A stretch of 64,000 nt of DNA from an uncultured Solirubrobacteraceae bacterium. Its GTDB lineage: Bacteria; Actinomycetota; Thermoleophilia; Solirubrobacterales; Solirubrobacteraceae. Below the pieces are notes generated by a model. The model saw nothing but the letters and a program-made list of their open reading frames with translations, was not told the DNA's origin and did not search any database. The stretch lies in contig CAZPQW010000015.1 of assembly GCA_964588985.1 (NCBI GenBank), positions 22,128 to 86,127 on the forward strand, read 5' to 3'. Of this stretch, positions 38,412 through 48,837 are shown piece after piece. The position numbers and the translations under genes are program-made. How positions within the stretch are numbered: the first letter of the stretch is position 1; the number at the start of each line of letters is the position of its first letter.

Positions 38412-39992
38412 ATGAGCTCGCTTGATCGAGTGAAGGCCGAGGATCACGGGGCGTCTCTGGCGAACGCGATGAGCGTCCTGCGTCGACGGTGGCTCGTCAT
38501 CGCGGGCGTGCTGGTCGCGTGCATCGGTGTTTCCGCGCTGAAACACGAGCGGTCGTCCAAGTCCTACGAAGCCACGGCGAGCGTGCGCTTCCAGAGCGGC
38601 ACGCTCTCCGATTCCGCGCTGCAGGTCTCGACCTCGGGGGGTGGCGAACCACAGCGCGAAGCGGACACGGAAGTGCTCGTCGCCCACTCTCCCGAAGTCG
38701 CCCAGGGCGTGCGTCGGCAACTGCGCCTGCCGGAGTCGACCAATCAGCTGCTCGACGAAGTCAAAGTCGAAGCGGCCCAGAACGCGGACGTCCTCAACAT
38801 CATCGCCTCGACGGGCAACGCCCGGCAGTCGGCGCTGCTTGCCAACGCGTTCGCCCGGCAGTACATCGCGTTCAGGGCGACGGCGCAGCTGGCGGGCGTC
38901 GAAACGGCCGAGAGCAAGCTCCAGCAGCAGCTGACCGAACTTCCGGCCGGTTCGGCCGAACGCCTGGCCGTGCAGCAGTCGGTGCAGAGGCTCAACTCGC
39001 TGCGGGCGGTCGCCGGAGGCGGAGCCAGCATCATCGGCCTGGCCAGCCCTCCGAGCACGCCTTCGGGCATGCGCCTGTCGACAGCGGTCATCGTCGGGCT
39101 GCTCGTCGGGCTCGCGATCTCCTTCTCGCTCGTGTTCCTGCTGGAATCCCTGGATCGGCGGATCAAGTCGATCGAGGAAGTCGAACGCGAGTACCGCCTC
39201 TCGGTGCTGACCGCGATCCCGCAGTCTGCGTTCAGCGCGCGTCTCGCCGTGGACCGGGGAGAGCTGCTCGAGCCTCACCGCATCCTGCGCAGCGCACTCG
39301 ACTTCGCGGCGGTCAGCCACCAGCTCGACACCCTCCTGGTCACGAGCGCGATCTCGGGAGAGGGCAAGACGACGGTCGCGGTCGACCTCGCGCACGCGAT
39401 CGCCCTGACGGGACGTCACACCGTGCTGGTCGAGCTCGACCTGCGACGCCCGTCGTTCGCCAAGCACTTCGATCTCGATCCCTCCCGCGGGCTCACCACG
39501 GTGCTCGTGGGCGCCGAGTCGCTGGAGGACGTGCTGGTCGAGCCGTTCCCGAACCTGCCCAACCTGTCGGTGCTTCCGGCGGGACGCCTGCCCCAGAACC
39601 CGTCAGAGCTGCTCAGCTCACCGCGTGTCAGCGACATCATCTCCGAGCTCGCGACCCCTGAGGGGATCGTCATCATCGACGCCGCGCCGCTGAACCCGGT
39701 GGCCGACACACAGGTGCTGCTCCTGAACGAGACGATCCACGCGACGCTGATCGTCGCGCGCGTGGGCCAGACCACGCGCGACGAGATCCGTCTCGCGCGG
39801 ACCATCCTGGATCGGCAGATGATCACCCCCATCGGCGTGGTCACCACCGGCCTGCGCGACGCGCATCGCTACGGCTACGGAGCCTACGCGGGCGAGGCCC
39901 CGACGCTCGACGTGGACATCGCAAGGAAGGCTCCGGCCGTCAGGGAGGCACCCGTCGGCGGCCGGGTCAAGTCCGGCGGACTGCGCCGCTGA
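38412..39992 (+). CDS. Polysaccharide co-polymerase/tyrosine autokinase (Wzc/CpsCD-like)
   Basis: Wzz-like N-terminus with 2 TMs; Walker A SAISGEGKTT, LDLRRP, IDAAP, YGYGAY tyrosine cluster. Confidence 0.93.
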   Translation: MSSLDRVKAEDHGASLANAMSVLRRRWLVIAGVLVACIGVSALKHERSSKSYEATASVRFQSGTLSDSALQVSTSGGGEPQREADTEVLVAHSPEVAQGVRRQLRLPESTNQLLDEVKVEAAQNADVLNIIASTGNARQSALLANAFARQYIAFRATAQLAGVETAESKLQQQLTELPAGSAERLAVQQSVQRLNSLRAVAGGGASIIGLASPPSTPSGMRLSTAVIVGLLVGLAISFSLVFLLESLDRRIKSIEEVEREYRLSVLTAIPQSAFSARLAVDRGELLEPHRILRSALDFAAVSHQLDTLLVTSAISGEGKTTVAVDLAHAIALTGRHTVLVELDLRRPSFAKHFDLDPSRGLTTVLVGAESLEDVLVEPFPNLPNLSVLPAGRLPQNPSELLSSPRVSDIISELATPEGIVIIDAAPLNPVADTQVLLLNETIHATLIVARVGQTTRDEIRLARTILDRQMITPIGVVTTGLRDAHRYGYGAYAGEAPTLDVDIARKAPAVREAPVGGRVKSGGLRR

Positions 39993-39996
39993 GCGT

Positions 39997-41514
39997 GTGC
40001 CGATGCTCGCGCGACGGCTGTCACTGACGGCTCTCTCCCGCCGCGAGCTGCTCGCTGCCGCTCTGGCAAGCGGCGCCACGGCCCTGATCGCGTTCGCCGG
40101 CGCGCACAAGCTCGGCGTCGCGGGCCTGTTCGTGCCCGCGGCGATCGTGTGTGCGTTGATCCTGCTCGCTCGGCCGGTCGTGGCCGTGACGCTCGCCGTG
40201 GCGCTCGTGGTGATCTGCGAGGGTGGGACGTTCGGGATCCTGACCTTCACCGCGAAGCTCTACGAAATCACCTACAAGGATCTGACGCTCGTCGATGGGG
40301 TGGTGGCGCTCGCGATCGTGTCTGTCGCTCTCGACCTGCTGCGCAGGCGGCGCACTCCGTATGTGCCACGCGGCCTGATGGTCCCGATGGTGATGCTCGC
40401 GCTGGGGATGATCGACGGCCTGGTCGTCGGGCATGCGGCGGGTGCGAGCCTGCGGTTCGCGGTGGCGTCGGAGCACGTCCTCGGCTACCTGCTGTTCCTG
40501 CCGATCGCGGTCTGCAATCTCGAGCTCGACCGCCGGCAGATCATGCGGCTGCTCGCTGGGATGCTCGTGCTCGCGGGGGTGAAGGCGCTGCTCGGCCTGA
40601 TCGAGCTGGCGGCGCATCTCGGCTCGCCGATCGAAGGGGTCGCCGAACTGACCTACTACGAACCGACTGCCAATTGGCTGATCATGATCGGCATGCTGAC
40701 GGTGTTCGCCGCGCTGCTGGCGCGCGCCAAGCCACCGCTGTGGACGGTGGTGCTCGGACCGGTGCTTGTCGCGTGTCTGCTGCTCTCATACCGCCGTTCG
40801 TTCTGGATCGCCGCGGCGCTCGGCCTCCTGCTGGTGCTGCTGCTGGGGCTCTCGCCACACGGCCGCCGGCTGCTCGTGCCGACCGGCTTGGGCCTGGCGG
40901 TGGCGGTCTGGCTGCTGGGCTCGATCCACTTCCAGACCCAGGCGCCGATCATCAAACGGGCCGTCTCGCTCTCGCCGTCGAACCTGCAGGCGAACGCCGA
41001 GGATCGCTACCGGCTGAACGAGCGCGCCAACGTGATCGCCGAGATCCGTGCCCACCCGATCCAGGGGCTGGGCGTGACGATCCCGTGGGCCGCGACCGCG
41101 CAGACCCTGGCGGTGGAAGGCGAAGCGGGGGCGCTGGGGCGTCAGTACGTGCACTTCGCGGCCCTGTGGTTCTGGCTGAGACTCGGAATCCTCGGCCTGT
41201 TCGCGTACGTCGGGATGCTGCTGGGCAGCATGTGGGTCGCGTGGCGGGCGTGGCGTTCGAGCAGCGAGCCGATGCTGCGCGCGTTTGCGCTCGCGTCGCT
41301 GTGCGGGATGGTCGGCCTGATGGCGATGGACACCACCGCCAGCTTCACGGGCATCGACGCGCGTTTCACGACCCTGTTCGCGGCTCAGATCGGGCTTCTG
41401 GCGCTGATCGCGAGGACAGCCGAGCCGCTGCCCAGCGGCGGTGAGGGCGAGGCGCCGGAGGAGCAGGCGCGCTGGCCCGTGCTCGTCGCGCCTATCGCTC
41501 CAGCAGCGCGCTGA
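39997..41514 (+). CDS. Wzy-like polymerase / O-antigen ligase family protein
   Basis: Multi-TM; SYRRSFW, HPIQGLG, YVH...LRLGILG. Confidence 0.85.
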   Translation: MPMLARRLSLTALSRRELLAAALASGATALIAFAGAHKLGVAGLFVPAAIVCALILLARPVVAVTLAVALVVICEGGTFGILTFTAKLYEITYKDLTLVDGVVALAIVSVALDLLRRRRTPYVPRGLMVPMVMLALGMIDGLVVGHAAGASLRFAVASEHVLGYLLFLPIAVCNLELDRRQIMRLLAGMLVLAGVKALLGLIELAAHLGSPIEGVAELTYYEPTANWLIMIGMLTVFAALLARAKPPLWTVVLGPVLVACLLLSYRRSFWIAAALGLLLVLLLGLSPHGRRLLVPTGLGLAVAVWLLGSIHFQTQAPIIKRAVSLSPSNLQANAEDRYRLNERANVIAEIRAHPIQGLGVTIPWAATAQTLAVEGEAGALGRQYVHFAALWFWLRLGILGLFAYVGMLLGSMWVAWRAWRSSSEPMLRAFALASLCGMVGLMAMDTTASFTGIDARFTTLFAAQIGLLALIARTAEPLPSGGEGEAPEEQARWPVLVAPIAPAAR

Positions 41515-42613
41515 GCGCCTCGACCGAGTAGTTGCGCTCGACCTGGGCCCGCCCGTGCAGGCCGAGCTCCGGGGCGCCGTCGCGCAGCACAAGTACGAGC
41601 GCGGCCGCGAACGCGGTGGCGTCCTGCGCGATCAGGCAGTCCTCCCCGTCGTGCAGCTCGAGCCCGGCCGCGGCGCGCGCGGTGGCGATCACAGGCAGTC
41701 CGTGCGCGAGCGCCTCGATGAACTTCAACGGAGTGCCGCCTCCCTGCAGCAGCGGGACGACCGCGCACGAGGCGCTCGCGTAGGCCGCGTGCAGGTCGTC
41801 GACGAAGCCGAGGGTCTCCACACGCGGATCATTGGAGGGCGGCTGCTCGAGGCCCGCGCCCACCAGCGCCAGCCGCGCGTCGGGGATCGTGGCCCAGACC
41901 AGCGGGAAGACCTCGTCGAGCAGGAAGCGCAGGCCGCGCCGGTTCGGCTCGTAGGTGAAGCTCGCGACGAAGATCGCGCGTCGCTCGCCCGCGTTTGGCG
42001 TGACGGGCGCGATCGCCTGGACATCGACGACGTTGGGCACGTAGCGCAGGCGCGCGTCGGGGCACAGCTCGCGCGCGGCGGCGATCTCCGCGTGGCTGAC
42101 CATCCACGACTCGGCCGAGCGCTCCAGCAGCCGCCGCTCGAACGCGCGCAGCGAGTCGCGCTCGCGCGCGCCGCGGTCGGTGATCTCGTGGCGGAAGGAC
42201 GACTCGAGGTTGTGCGCGTTGTAGATCACCGGATGCGTCTCGGCGAGTCGCGCGAGCGCCGCCGCGGCTATCGGTCCGTCCGCGATCACGCGCCCGCGGT
42301 CGGGCGTGCGCGCAAGGCGGGCCGCTTCGGCCGCGAGCTCGCTGGAGATCCCGCGAGCGAAGCCGGCGGGCACGCCCGCGATACGGGCTTTCCCATACGC
42401 GAGGAGCCGCCGCGCGCCGCGCGAGGGCACGACCGGCAGTAGCTCGATGCCCGGGATCGACTGGAACGCGCTGTCGGGCTCGAGCGCGCCGAAGCGCGTG
42501 TAGAGCAGCGTCAGCCCGCCGTTCGCGGCGAGGGCTCGGGCGACGCCGTAGGTCCGCACCGCCTGACCGGAGTGCAGCACGGGCGTGTGGGTGGTGACGA
42601 GCAGGTCCTTCAC
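41492..42613 (-). CDS. Glycosyltransferase family 4
   Basis: HNLES, FTYEPN, GGGTPLKFIEALAHGLPV. Confidence 0.9.
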   Translation of the reverse strand: MKDLLVTTHTPVLHSGQAVRTYGVARALAANGGLTLLYTRFGALEPDSAFQSIPGIELLPVVPSRGARRLLAYGKARIAGVPAGFARGISSELAAEAARLARTPDRGRVIADGPIAAAALARLAETHPVIYNAHNLESSFRHEITDRGARERDSLRAFERRLLERSAESWMVSHAEIAAARELCPDARLRYVPNVVDVQAIAPVTPNAGERRAIFVASFTYEPNRRGLRFLLDEVFPLVWATIPDARLALVGAGLEQPPSNDPRVETLGFVDDLHAAYASASCAVVPLLQGGGTPLKFIEALAHGLPVIATARAAAGLELHDGEDCLIAQDATAFAAALVLVLRDGAPELGLHGRAQVERNYSVEALSALLER

Positions 42614-43800
42614 AGCGCCTGGATCGCCGCGGCGATCTCCTCGAGGCGTCGATCCCAGGACCTCGACGCGGCGGCCAGCGAACGCGCGGCTCGCCGCTCT
42701 GGGCTGTCCTCGGCGAGGGCCTCGTCGAGCAGCTCGGCGACCCCGGCCGCGTCGGGGGCGCTCGCGACATCGGTGACCTCCGCGAGCGCGGGCAGCGGGG
42801 TGGCGATGACCGGTAGCCCCGCCGCGAGGTACTCGTAGACCTTCATCGGGAAGATGCTCGCGGTGAGCTCGTTGCGCGCGTAGGGGATCAACCCGGCGTC
42901 GGCGGCTCGCAGTACGTCCGGCAGCTCGCGGTAGGCGCGGCCGCCGAGCAGGTGCACGTTCGGCTCGGCGCTCAGCGCGGAGACGTCGGTGTGGGGGTCG
43001 CCGAGGCCGATCGGCCCGACCAGCGCGAACGACCAGGACGGCCGCAGCCGCGCGAGCTCCACGAGCAGCGGGATGTCCAGCTTGACGGCCGAGATCGCGC
43101 CGGTGAAGACGATCCGCGGCGAGGGCAGCGCGGCCATCGCGGGATCGACCCGGGCGGGCGGGCTCGGCTGAAGCGCCGTCGCGAACAGCTCCGTGTCGGC
43201 GACGTTGGGCGCGTCGAGCACGTTGCTAGAGATCGTCCGCAGCCGCTCGGCGAGCGCGGGCGCGCTTGCGAGCACCAGATCCGCGCGCGCGGCGAACCGC
43301 GTCTCCGCGGCACGGAAGCTCGCGGTGTCGATGCGCTCGTGCGCGGCGATGTCGTCGACGCAGTGATAGATCACGAGCGAGGGGTCGAGCGGGTCGATCA
43401 AAACCTCCGCCTGGGGGACGTAAGCCCACAGGATCGGCCGCCGCAGCCCGAGCCCCCGCGCCGCGCGGCGGACGAGTGTGGGCAGCAGCCGCGCGTTGAG
43501 CGCACGCGCCACACGCGAGCCGTGCAGCGGCAGCACGAGCGGGGAGATCACGTGCAGTCCGTCGACCGCGCGCGGGGGCGCGAAGCCCCGTCGCAGTCGT
43601 CTCCAGATGCGCGACAGGTCGCGCCCGGCGAGCTGTGGCTTGCGCAGGCCGAGCGACTCGACGAACAGCACGCGGTTCTCATGCGCGAGCCGGGACATCA
43701 GGTGATGCTGGTTGGTCCACAGCTCCGTGTCCCAGTCGGCGAACCCGACGCACACGATGTCGCGGCCCTGGAGACGTGGGGTTTCGCCCATCGGCGTCAT
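42610..43800 (-). CDS. GT-B glycosyltransferase (TuaH-like)
   Basis: TNQHHLM, YHCVDD, PMKVYEYLAAGLPV; start at ATG 43800 or 43791, inside the direct repeat. Confidence 0.9.
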   Translation of the reverse strand: MTPMGETPRLQGRDIVCVGFADWDTELWTNQHHLMSRLAHENRVLFVESLGLRKPQLAGRDLSRIWRRLRRGFAPPRAVDGLHVISPLVLPLHGSRVARALNARLLPTLVRRAARGLGLRRPILWAYVPQAEVLIDPLDPSLVIYHCVDDIAAHERIDTASFRAAETRFAARADLVLASAPALAERLRTISSNVLDAPNVADTELFATALQPSPPARVDPAMAALPSPRIVFTGAISAVKLDIPLLVELARLRPSWSFALVGPIGLGDPHTDVSALSAEPNVHLLGGRAYRELPDVLRAADAGLIPYARNELTASIFPMKVYEYLAAGLPVIATPLPALAEVTDVASAPDAAGVAELLDEALAEDSPERRAARSLAAASRSWDRRLEEIAAAIQAL

Positions 43801-43835
43801 GATCTCAGGCTGGGTAGTCTCGTGACGGTGATCCA
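43785..43835 (+). repeat. 51-bp direct repeat, left copy
   Basis: CGCCCATCGGCGTCATGATCTCAGGCTGGGTAGTCTCGTGACGGTGATCCA, identical to 50481-50531. Confidence 0.97.
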
Positions 43836-43869
43836 CGGCGACTGGCGCAGGTAGCAAGCGCCACATGTC

Positions 43870-44403
43870 TCACGCTTTCTCGCTGATGGGGTTCTCCAGC
43901 GCGCCGGAGAACCGCTCGACAAGGACGAGTGAGACCGCAAGACCGATGACGACGGCCCCGTTGACGCCGAGCTCCATGAGGGCGATGTGGATCGTCGCCG
44001 CACCAGCGTCATGCTCGCCACTCTGCATCGACAGATGCGCGCCGACCGACAGTATCTCGCGCACGACGCTGATGATCCCGACCCTGAGAAACGGCCCCAG
44101 CTTGAGCCCGTCGCAGTCATGGACCATCACCGTGCGGACGACGTCAATGATGACGATCGCGAAAAGTCCACGGTTTACGGCCGAGATGGCGGCCTGAGCG
44201 AAGGCTTCTTTCGGATTCACCAGATCACAGATGGTGTGGTAGAGGACCGCCCCCGCGACGATCATCAGGACGATGACCACGAACACGTGGATGAGATCTT
44301 CCGCGATCTCCAAGGCACTCTTCTGAATCTTGTCCATCACCGAGCCGCGATTGGCGTCGCCGATGCCCGGTCTTGTCGGGAATATGGCCTCTCTTATGAT
44401 CAT
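43870..44403 (-). CDS. PsiE-family membrane protein
   Basis: PFLRVGIISVVREIL motif, 4 TMs; true start may be ATG 44337. Confidence 0.8.
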   Translation of the reverse strand: MIIREAIFPTRPGIGDANRGSVMDKIQKSALEIAEDLIHVFVVIVLMIVAGAVLYHTICDLVNPKEAFAQAAISAVNRGLFAIVIIDVVRTVMVHDCDGLKLGPFLRVGIISVVREILSVGAHLSMQSGEHDAGAATIHIALMELGVNGAVVIGLAVSLVLVERFSGALENPISEKA

Positions 44404-44813
44404 TGCGCACCCCTATGGTTGGTTCGGTGATCCCGGTGGGTCACCGCTTGTCTGGTGGACCTGCGGCTGTTCGCCGAGTACCAGACTCCCTCCCGAGGGC
44501 GCCGCTTGCCAGCCACCCTGGGGTGAAAGAAGGGACACCCTGAGCAGGCTTGGGGTCGGAAGACGATGGCTGCTTCTCCCTACCAGGGTGACTATCCGTG
44601 CTGGAACGGTCGCCGCAGGCGCGTCGTGGTTGGCCTAGTAGGGCGGCCCAAGGTGTCGCTGCTCTAACCCTAGGGTGTGTGGTGTCGTCGGGCGCGGTTC
44701 GGGACGATCGATGTGATCAGCCCGATGGGTCAACTCAAGACGAAAGATGTTGACTATGAGCGCTGCGTGTGAAGGGCGAGGCGTCGGTCATGTCGCAGTG
44801 GAGGAGGTGTGAG

Positions 44814-45548
44814 ATGGGCTACTCGATCTTGGCAGTCCGTACGTCCGATGACGATGACGGACGTCTCCATCCGGCGCTGTCGGACGGGCACACGATGGTC
44901 CTCGAGCCTCTGGACGGAGCACCCTCGTGGGTGCACGCGAGGGGGCTCATCGTTAGCGAGATGGTCGCCGACGGATTGAGGACTCACCTCCGAATCGGGA
45001 ACGTCAAGGTGGACGTCATGATCAGCGACGCCCGTTTGGCGGTCGGCTGCGTCAACTTCGACAGCGGTGAGCAAAGGAGCCCGGGAATCCGAACGGCCAT
45101 CCTTGTCAAGAGCCTTGGCAGCGTTACCCCTGACGACGGCGCCGGCTACGGCAGGATGCTCGTCGGGCATGTTCGCTATCCGTGGCTGCGCTGCGTGGGG
45201 TTCAAACCGAGAACGGGCTGGCGGTCCAGGGACGAACTGCGGCTGGGGGTGGTCGCAAGGGCACCCGACGGCGATGAGCGGGAACTCTTCCTCGACGTGC
45301 AGCTTCCCAGGGGTGTCGACTCAGCCAGCCTAGCGCGGAGCGTTGTCGCGAAGGCCGCGCGCTATCACCTCGCGTACAGCGAGGTCACGGACGAGGTAGA
45401 GCGAGACAGCTATGAGCACCTTGCGGAAGGCCCACGTCTGGCGCCCGCGGGTCCCACGGAGTTCGCGCTCTATCGGCTCCCCAGCGCATCATTCGTCAGT
45501 GCCATCTCTGCCTACCCTCCACCGATCGTGCCCGCTGAGGTGGAGTAG
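44814..45548 (+). CDS. Hypothetical protein
   Basis: GGAGGAGG RBS before ATG 44814; LVGHVRYPWL motif. Confidence 0.7.
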   Translation: MGYSILAVRTSDDDDGRLHPALSDGHTMVLEPLDGAPSWVHARGLIVSEMVADGLRTHLRIGNVKVDVMISDARLAVGCVNFDSGEQRSPGIRTAILVKSLGSVTPDDGAGYGRMLVGHVRYPWLRCVGFKPRTGWRSRDELRLGVVARAPDGDERELFLDVQLPRGVDSASLARSVVAKAARYHLAYSEVTDEVERDSYEHLAEGPRLAPAGPTEFALYRLPSASFVSAISAYPPPIVPAEVE

Positions 45549-45628
45549 CGCAGCATCCCCGACCTGGTCGGACTTCCAGAAGATGGAACCGCACGCGGTC
45601 TGGCAGACTATGTGTCGATCGGCTCGGC

Positions 45629-46333
45629 ATGGCTTCTCGACCTCAAGACGACGGCGACCCCCTGGCGCCACACACGCTCTCAGCAGCAGAGTTGAAAGAC
45701 CTGCTTGGCGCTGAACGCGCTGGCGATCCATTCTTCGCATACCGAGACGAGCTGGGGCTACTGCGGATATTTCCCGCCAGCCCGTCCGAGCGTCCGTACA
45801 CGCTGGGGCGCGGCTCGGAAATGGACCTGGCCGTCACCTGGGACGCGGAGGTGTCTGGCATACACGCCGAGATCCAGTGCTTCGGTGAGGAGGTGACGAT
45901 CATCGACGATGGCCTCTCCACGAACGGGACCTATGTGAACGGGCAGAGAGTGACAGGCCGCGCGCGACTGCGTGATCGCGACCGCATTCGCCTCGGGCGC
46001 ACTGCACTCGCCTACAGGAGCGGGTCACGCTCGCAGGCGCTCGCAACCATCGCGGCGAAGGACGCACCTAGCCTGTTGAGGTTGACGGACATGCAGCGGA
46101 GCGTCCTCGTTGCGCTGTGCAGGCCCTTGCGTGACGATGCGGCATTCGTGACGCCCGCAACCAATCAGCAGATCGCCTCGGAGGTGTATCTGAGCATCGA
46201 CGCCGTGAAGATGCACCTGCGCAACCTGTTCACTAAGTTCGGACTCGGTGCGCTACCTCAGAATCAGAAGCGGGCCAAGCTTGCCGAGCACGCGATGCAA
46301 CTCGGCCTTGTAACACCAAGGGATCTGGCATGA
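45629..46333 (+). CDS. FHA-domain protein with C-terminal LuxR-like HTH
   Basis: FHA motifs LGR, VSGIHA, STNGTYVNG; HTH TNQQIASEVYLSIDAVKMHLRNLFTKFG. Confidence 0.88.
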   Translation: MASRPQDDGDPLAPHTLSAAELKDLLGAERAGDPFFAYRDELGLLRIFPASPSERPYTLGRGSEMDLAVTWDAEVSGIHAEIQCFGEEVTIIDDGLSTNGTYVNGQRVTGRARLRDRDRIRLGRTALAYRSGSRSQALATIAAKDAPSLLRLTDMQRSVLVALCRPLRDDAAFVTPATNQQIASEVYLSIDAVKMHLRNLFTKFGLGALPQNQKRAKLAEHAMQLGLVTPRDLA

Positions 46334-46743
46334 GTGTGCCACCGAGGACGGCCCTTGTGACGCGATGGCAGCTCGATCGTAGGAGGCTGTCGTCAGTAGT
46401 CCTGCCGGCCATCCTGGCGGCGGCACTCATCGGCTTCGGAGTCGGTTCCATCGCGAATCCGAGCGCTTCGCTGCGCGCCGCGCCGGCGCTTGCGCCTGCC
46501 CGAGCCACGGGCAGCGTCAGAATCCCAGCTCTGACACCGGTAGTCCCAGTGCCGTCCCTACGCCGACGACCGACGTCTCCCGCACGACGTGTGGGAGGTG
46601 GCTTCCCACTCGCTGCCTCGCGGCAGGCGACGACGCCCCCACCTGGTGGCTCGTCCTCGGGCGGGACGACGACGAGCGCTGGCTCCAAGCCTTCTGGTCG
46701 TGAAGAAAGCGGTGGTTACCACCAGGAAAGCGGCGGCGGTTAA
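46330..46743 (+). CDS. Small membrane-anchored Pro/Gly/Ser-rich protein
   Basis: ATGA overlap with the FHA gene; one TM followed by a low-complexity tail. Confidence 0.55.
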   Translation: MSVPPRTALVTRWQLDRRRLSSVVLPAILAAALIGFGVGSIANPSASLRAAPALAPARATGSVRIPALTPVVPVPSLRRRPTSPARRVGGGFPLAASRQATTPPPGGSSSGGTTTSAGSKPSGREESGGYHQESGGG

Positions 46744-46773
46744 GGACACCGCTGAGACGACTCCCGCGACTAT

Positions 46774-48753
46774 CTAGCTCGAGGAGCCAAGCTGCGCAAG
46801 CGTCACCTGTAGCGCAGCAGCCGATGCCGAGACGGTGCGCGCCCCGGCTTCGTAGGCAGCCGCACGGGCATCGTGTGCTGCGGTGCTCATCTGCTCATAG
46901 CCGCTCGCCATCCGGTCGAGCGCGCTGGCGAGCACCCTATTGGAGGCGCTTTCGGAAGGTCCAGGTCTTGCGGCTCGCAACGCCGCTGCAGCATGCCCAG
47001 CTACCTCGCCGAGGCGCCTAGCAGCTGCGGCCTGCGCCGGTGCGCTTTGGGCGCGAGCCAGTCGCCCACTGAAGCCGGATCGTTCGCTATTGAAGTCGTT
47101 GAAGACCTTGGCGAGCGCTGTCACGTAGCGCACGCTTCGATCGATCGGCAGCGCGTGGGCGTTGGCCAGCGTGAGCGTCCTGAGGATCTGCTCGCAGCCG
47201 ACGCTCACCGCTGTGCTCGCGTGGGTGGGAAGCTGGCAGACCCCCGCCAGCACTCCAGTTGTGGTCGGTTGGGTGTAGAGGGTGGCATTGCCGGCATGGC
47301 CGCTCAGCACCACGTCTGGGTAGCGGAAGAACGCCTTCCCGCTCGGCGAGATCGATTCCCTGATCGGTTCGGAGTGGTCGAGGCTCGTCAGGCTTGCCGG
47401 CAGTAGAGCGGCGCTCGCGGCCGAAGAGAGGCCGAGGGTGAGCGAGCCATCGTGGTGGGGCGAGACAAACGTGAGGGGCGTGGAGATCTTGTAGCCTGGA
47501 GTCGGATTGGGGGTGCTGGCCATTCGCCACCCGGCGGGCAGAGAGAGGGTGACGCCGGAGGATGCGACTCTCGTGCCAGATGCGCTCGACGTGGCGCCGT
47601 GGACTGCCCGAGCAACCGCGAAGCCGGCGGCTGCCACCAGGACGAGGCCCATGAGCGCCGCCAGCCGCAGGCGCGCCCTACGCGGCTGTCGTCGCGGCTG
47701 TCCAAGACGTTGCGTGTTGGCGGATTGAAGCGTGTCCTTGGAGTGGACATCTAGCGTGGTAACGGTCTGCAAGGTGATCTGCTGGCTGGTGAAGTAAGTC
47801 GGGGTCGGTGTCTCGGGGGCGGGGTCAGGGTCGGTTATGTCGATGAGGCGGGCGTCTCGGCGCCATCTCGGGCCGAGCATCCCGATCACGATCTCCTCCA
47901 ACTCCTCCCAGGCTGTGACAGCGCTGGATATGCGTTCGGATGGCTCCCTGACAAGCAGTCGTGTGACCCAACTGGAGAGGGCACGATCCACCGTCGTGTC
48001 CACGTCAGCAGGGGCGGGAATAGGATCGTTGATGCGTCGAAGCAACATGCCCATCGGCGAGGACGTGTCGTGGAACGGCACGTATCCGAGCAGGTACTCA
48101 TACGCCATTACGCCGACCGAGTAAAGATCCGTCCAGGGTCCGACCTCTTCGCAGAGAGCCTGCTCGGGGGCCATATATGCTGGCGTCCCCACTGTCACTC
48201 CGCCCGTGCTTGACGCGAGCCCGTGTATGCCCGCCGCCTGCGTCGCCTTGGCGATCCCGAAGTCGGCGATCTTGACGCGACCCTCGTCCGTCACCATGAT
48301 GTTCTCGGGCTTGAGGTCGCGGTGAACGATGCCCCGAGGTGCGACGGCCCCAAGGCCTGCCAGCAGTCCCTCGAGTACCCCAGCAAGCTGGGGTAGCGAC
48401 AGATAGCCCATCCACAGCCGTAGGGAGCCTCTCGCTACGTACTCCATTGCGATATAGGAGGTTCCGGCCTCTCCGAGGTACTCGTACACGGTGACGATGT
48501 TCGGATGGTTGAGCGAGCCGGCGAGTCGCGACTCCGACACGAGTGCCAGGCCGGTACCCGTGGAGAGTCCGTCGGGTCCGTGTAGTGCCTTCAGTGCAAC
48601 CTTGCGCTCGAGATCGCGCTGTCGGGCTAGGTAGACGACCCCCGTGCCGCCGCGGCCAATCTCGCTCAGGATCTCGTACTTTCCAACAGTCGCGCCGACC
48701 ATCGACTCGACTAGTACAGCGTCAGCGGTATCCCAGCCTGTCGATTCAGCCAC
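46774..48753 (-). CDS. Hanks-type Ser/Thr protein kinase with TM and extracellular domain
   Basis: GRGGTGVV, VALK, HRDLKPEN, DFG, GTPAYMAPE; TM near residue 370. Confidence 0.95.
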   Translation of the reverse strand: MAESTGWDTADAVLVESMVGATVGKYEILSEIGRGGTGVVYLARQRDLERKVALKALHGPDGLSTGTGLALVSESRLAGSLNHPNIVTVYEYLGEAGTSYIAMEYVARGSLRLWMGYLSLPQLAGVLEGLLAGLGAVAPRGIVHRDLKPENIMVTDEGRVKIADFGIAKATQAAGIHGLASSTGGVTVGTPAYMAPEQALCEEVGPWTDLYSVGVMAYEYLLGYVPFHDTSSPMGMLLRRINDPIPAPADVDTTVDRALSSWVTRLLVREPSERISSAVTAWEELEEIVIGMLGPRWRRDARLIDITDPDPAPETPTPTYFTSQQITLQTVTTLDVHSKDTLQSANTQRLGQPRRQPRRARLRLAALMGLVLVAAAGFAVARAVHGATSSASGTRVASSGVTLSLPAGWRMASTPNPTPGYKISTPLTFVSPHHDGSLTLGLSSAASAALLPASLTSLDHSEPIRESISPSGKAFFRYPDVVLSGHAGNATLYTQPTTTGVLAGVCQLPTHASTAVSVGCEQILRTLTLANAHALPIDRSVRYVTALAKVFNDFNSERSGFSGRLARAQSAPAQAAAARRLGEVAGHAAAALRAARPGPSESASNRVLASALDRMASGYEQMSTAAHDARAAAYEAGARTVSASAAALQVTLAQLGSSS

Positions 48754-48837
48754 GTCTGACGGACCATTGTGAGCGACACGCGACGCACGGAGCCAGGCGA
48801 TTGGCTGCGTCTGAGATCGTAGCGGTGATCGTAAGCG

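Noticed and set aside
38240-38425. 61-aa ORF upstream of wzc
   Set aside because: No recognisable motif or RBS; probably promoter region
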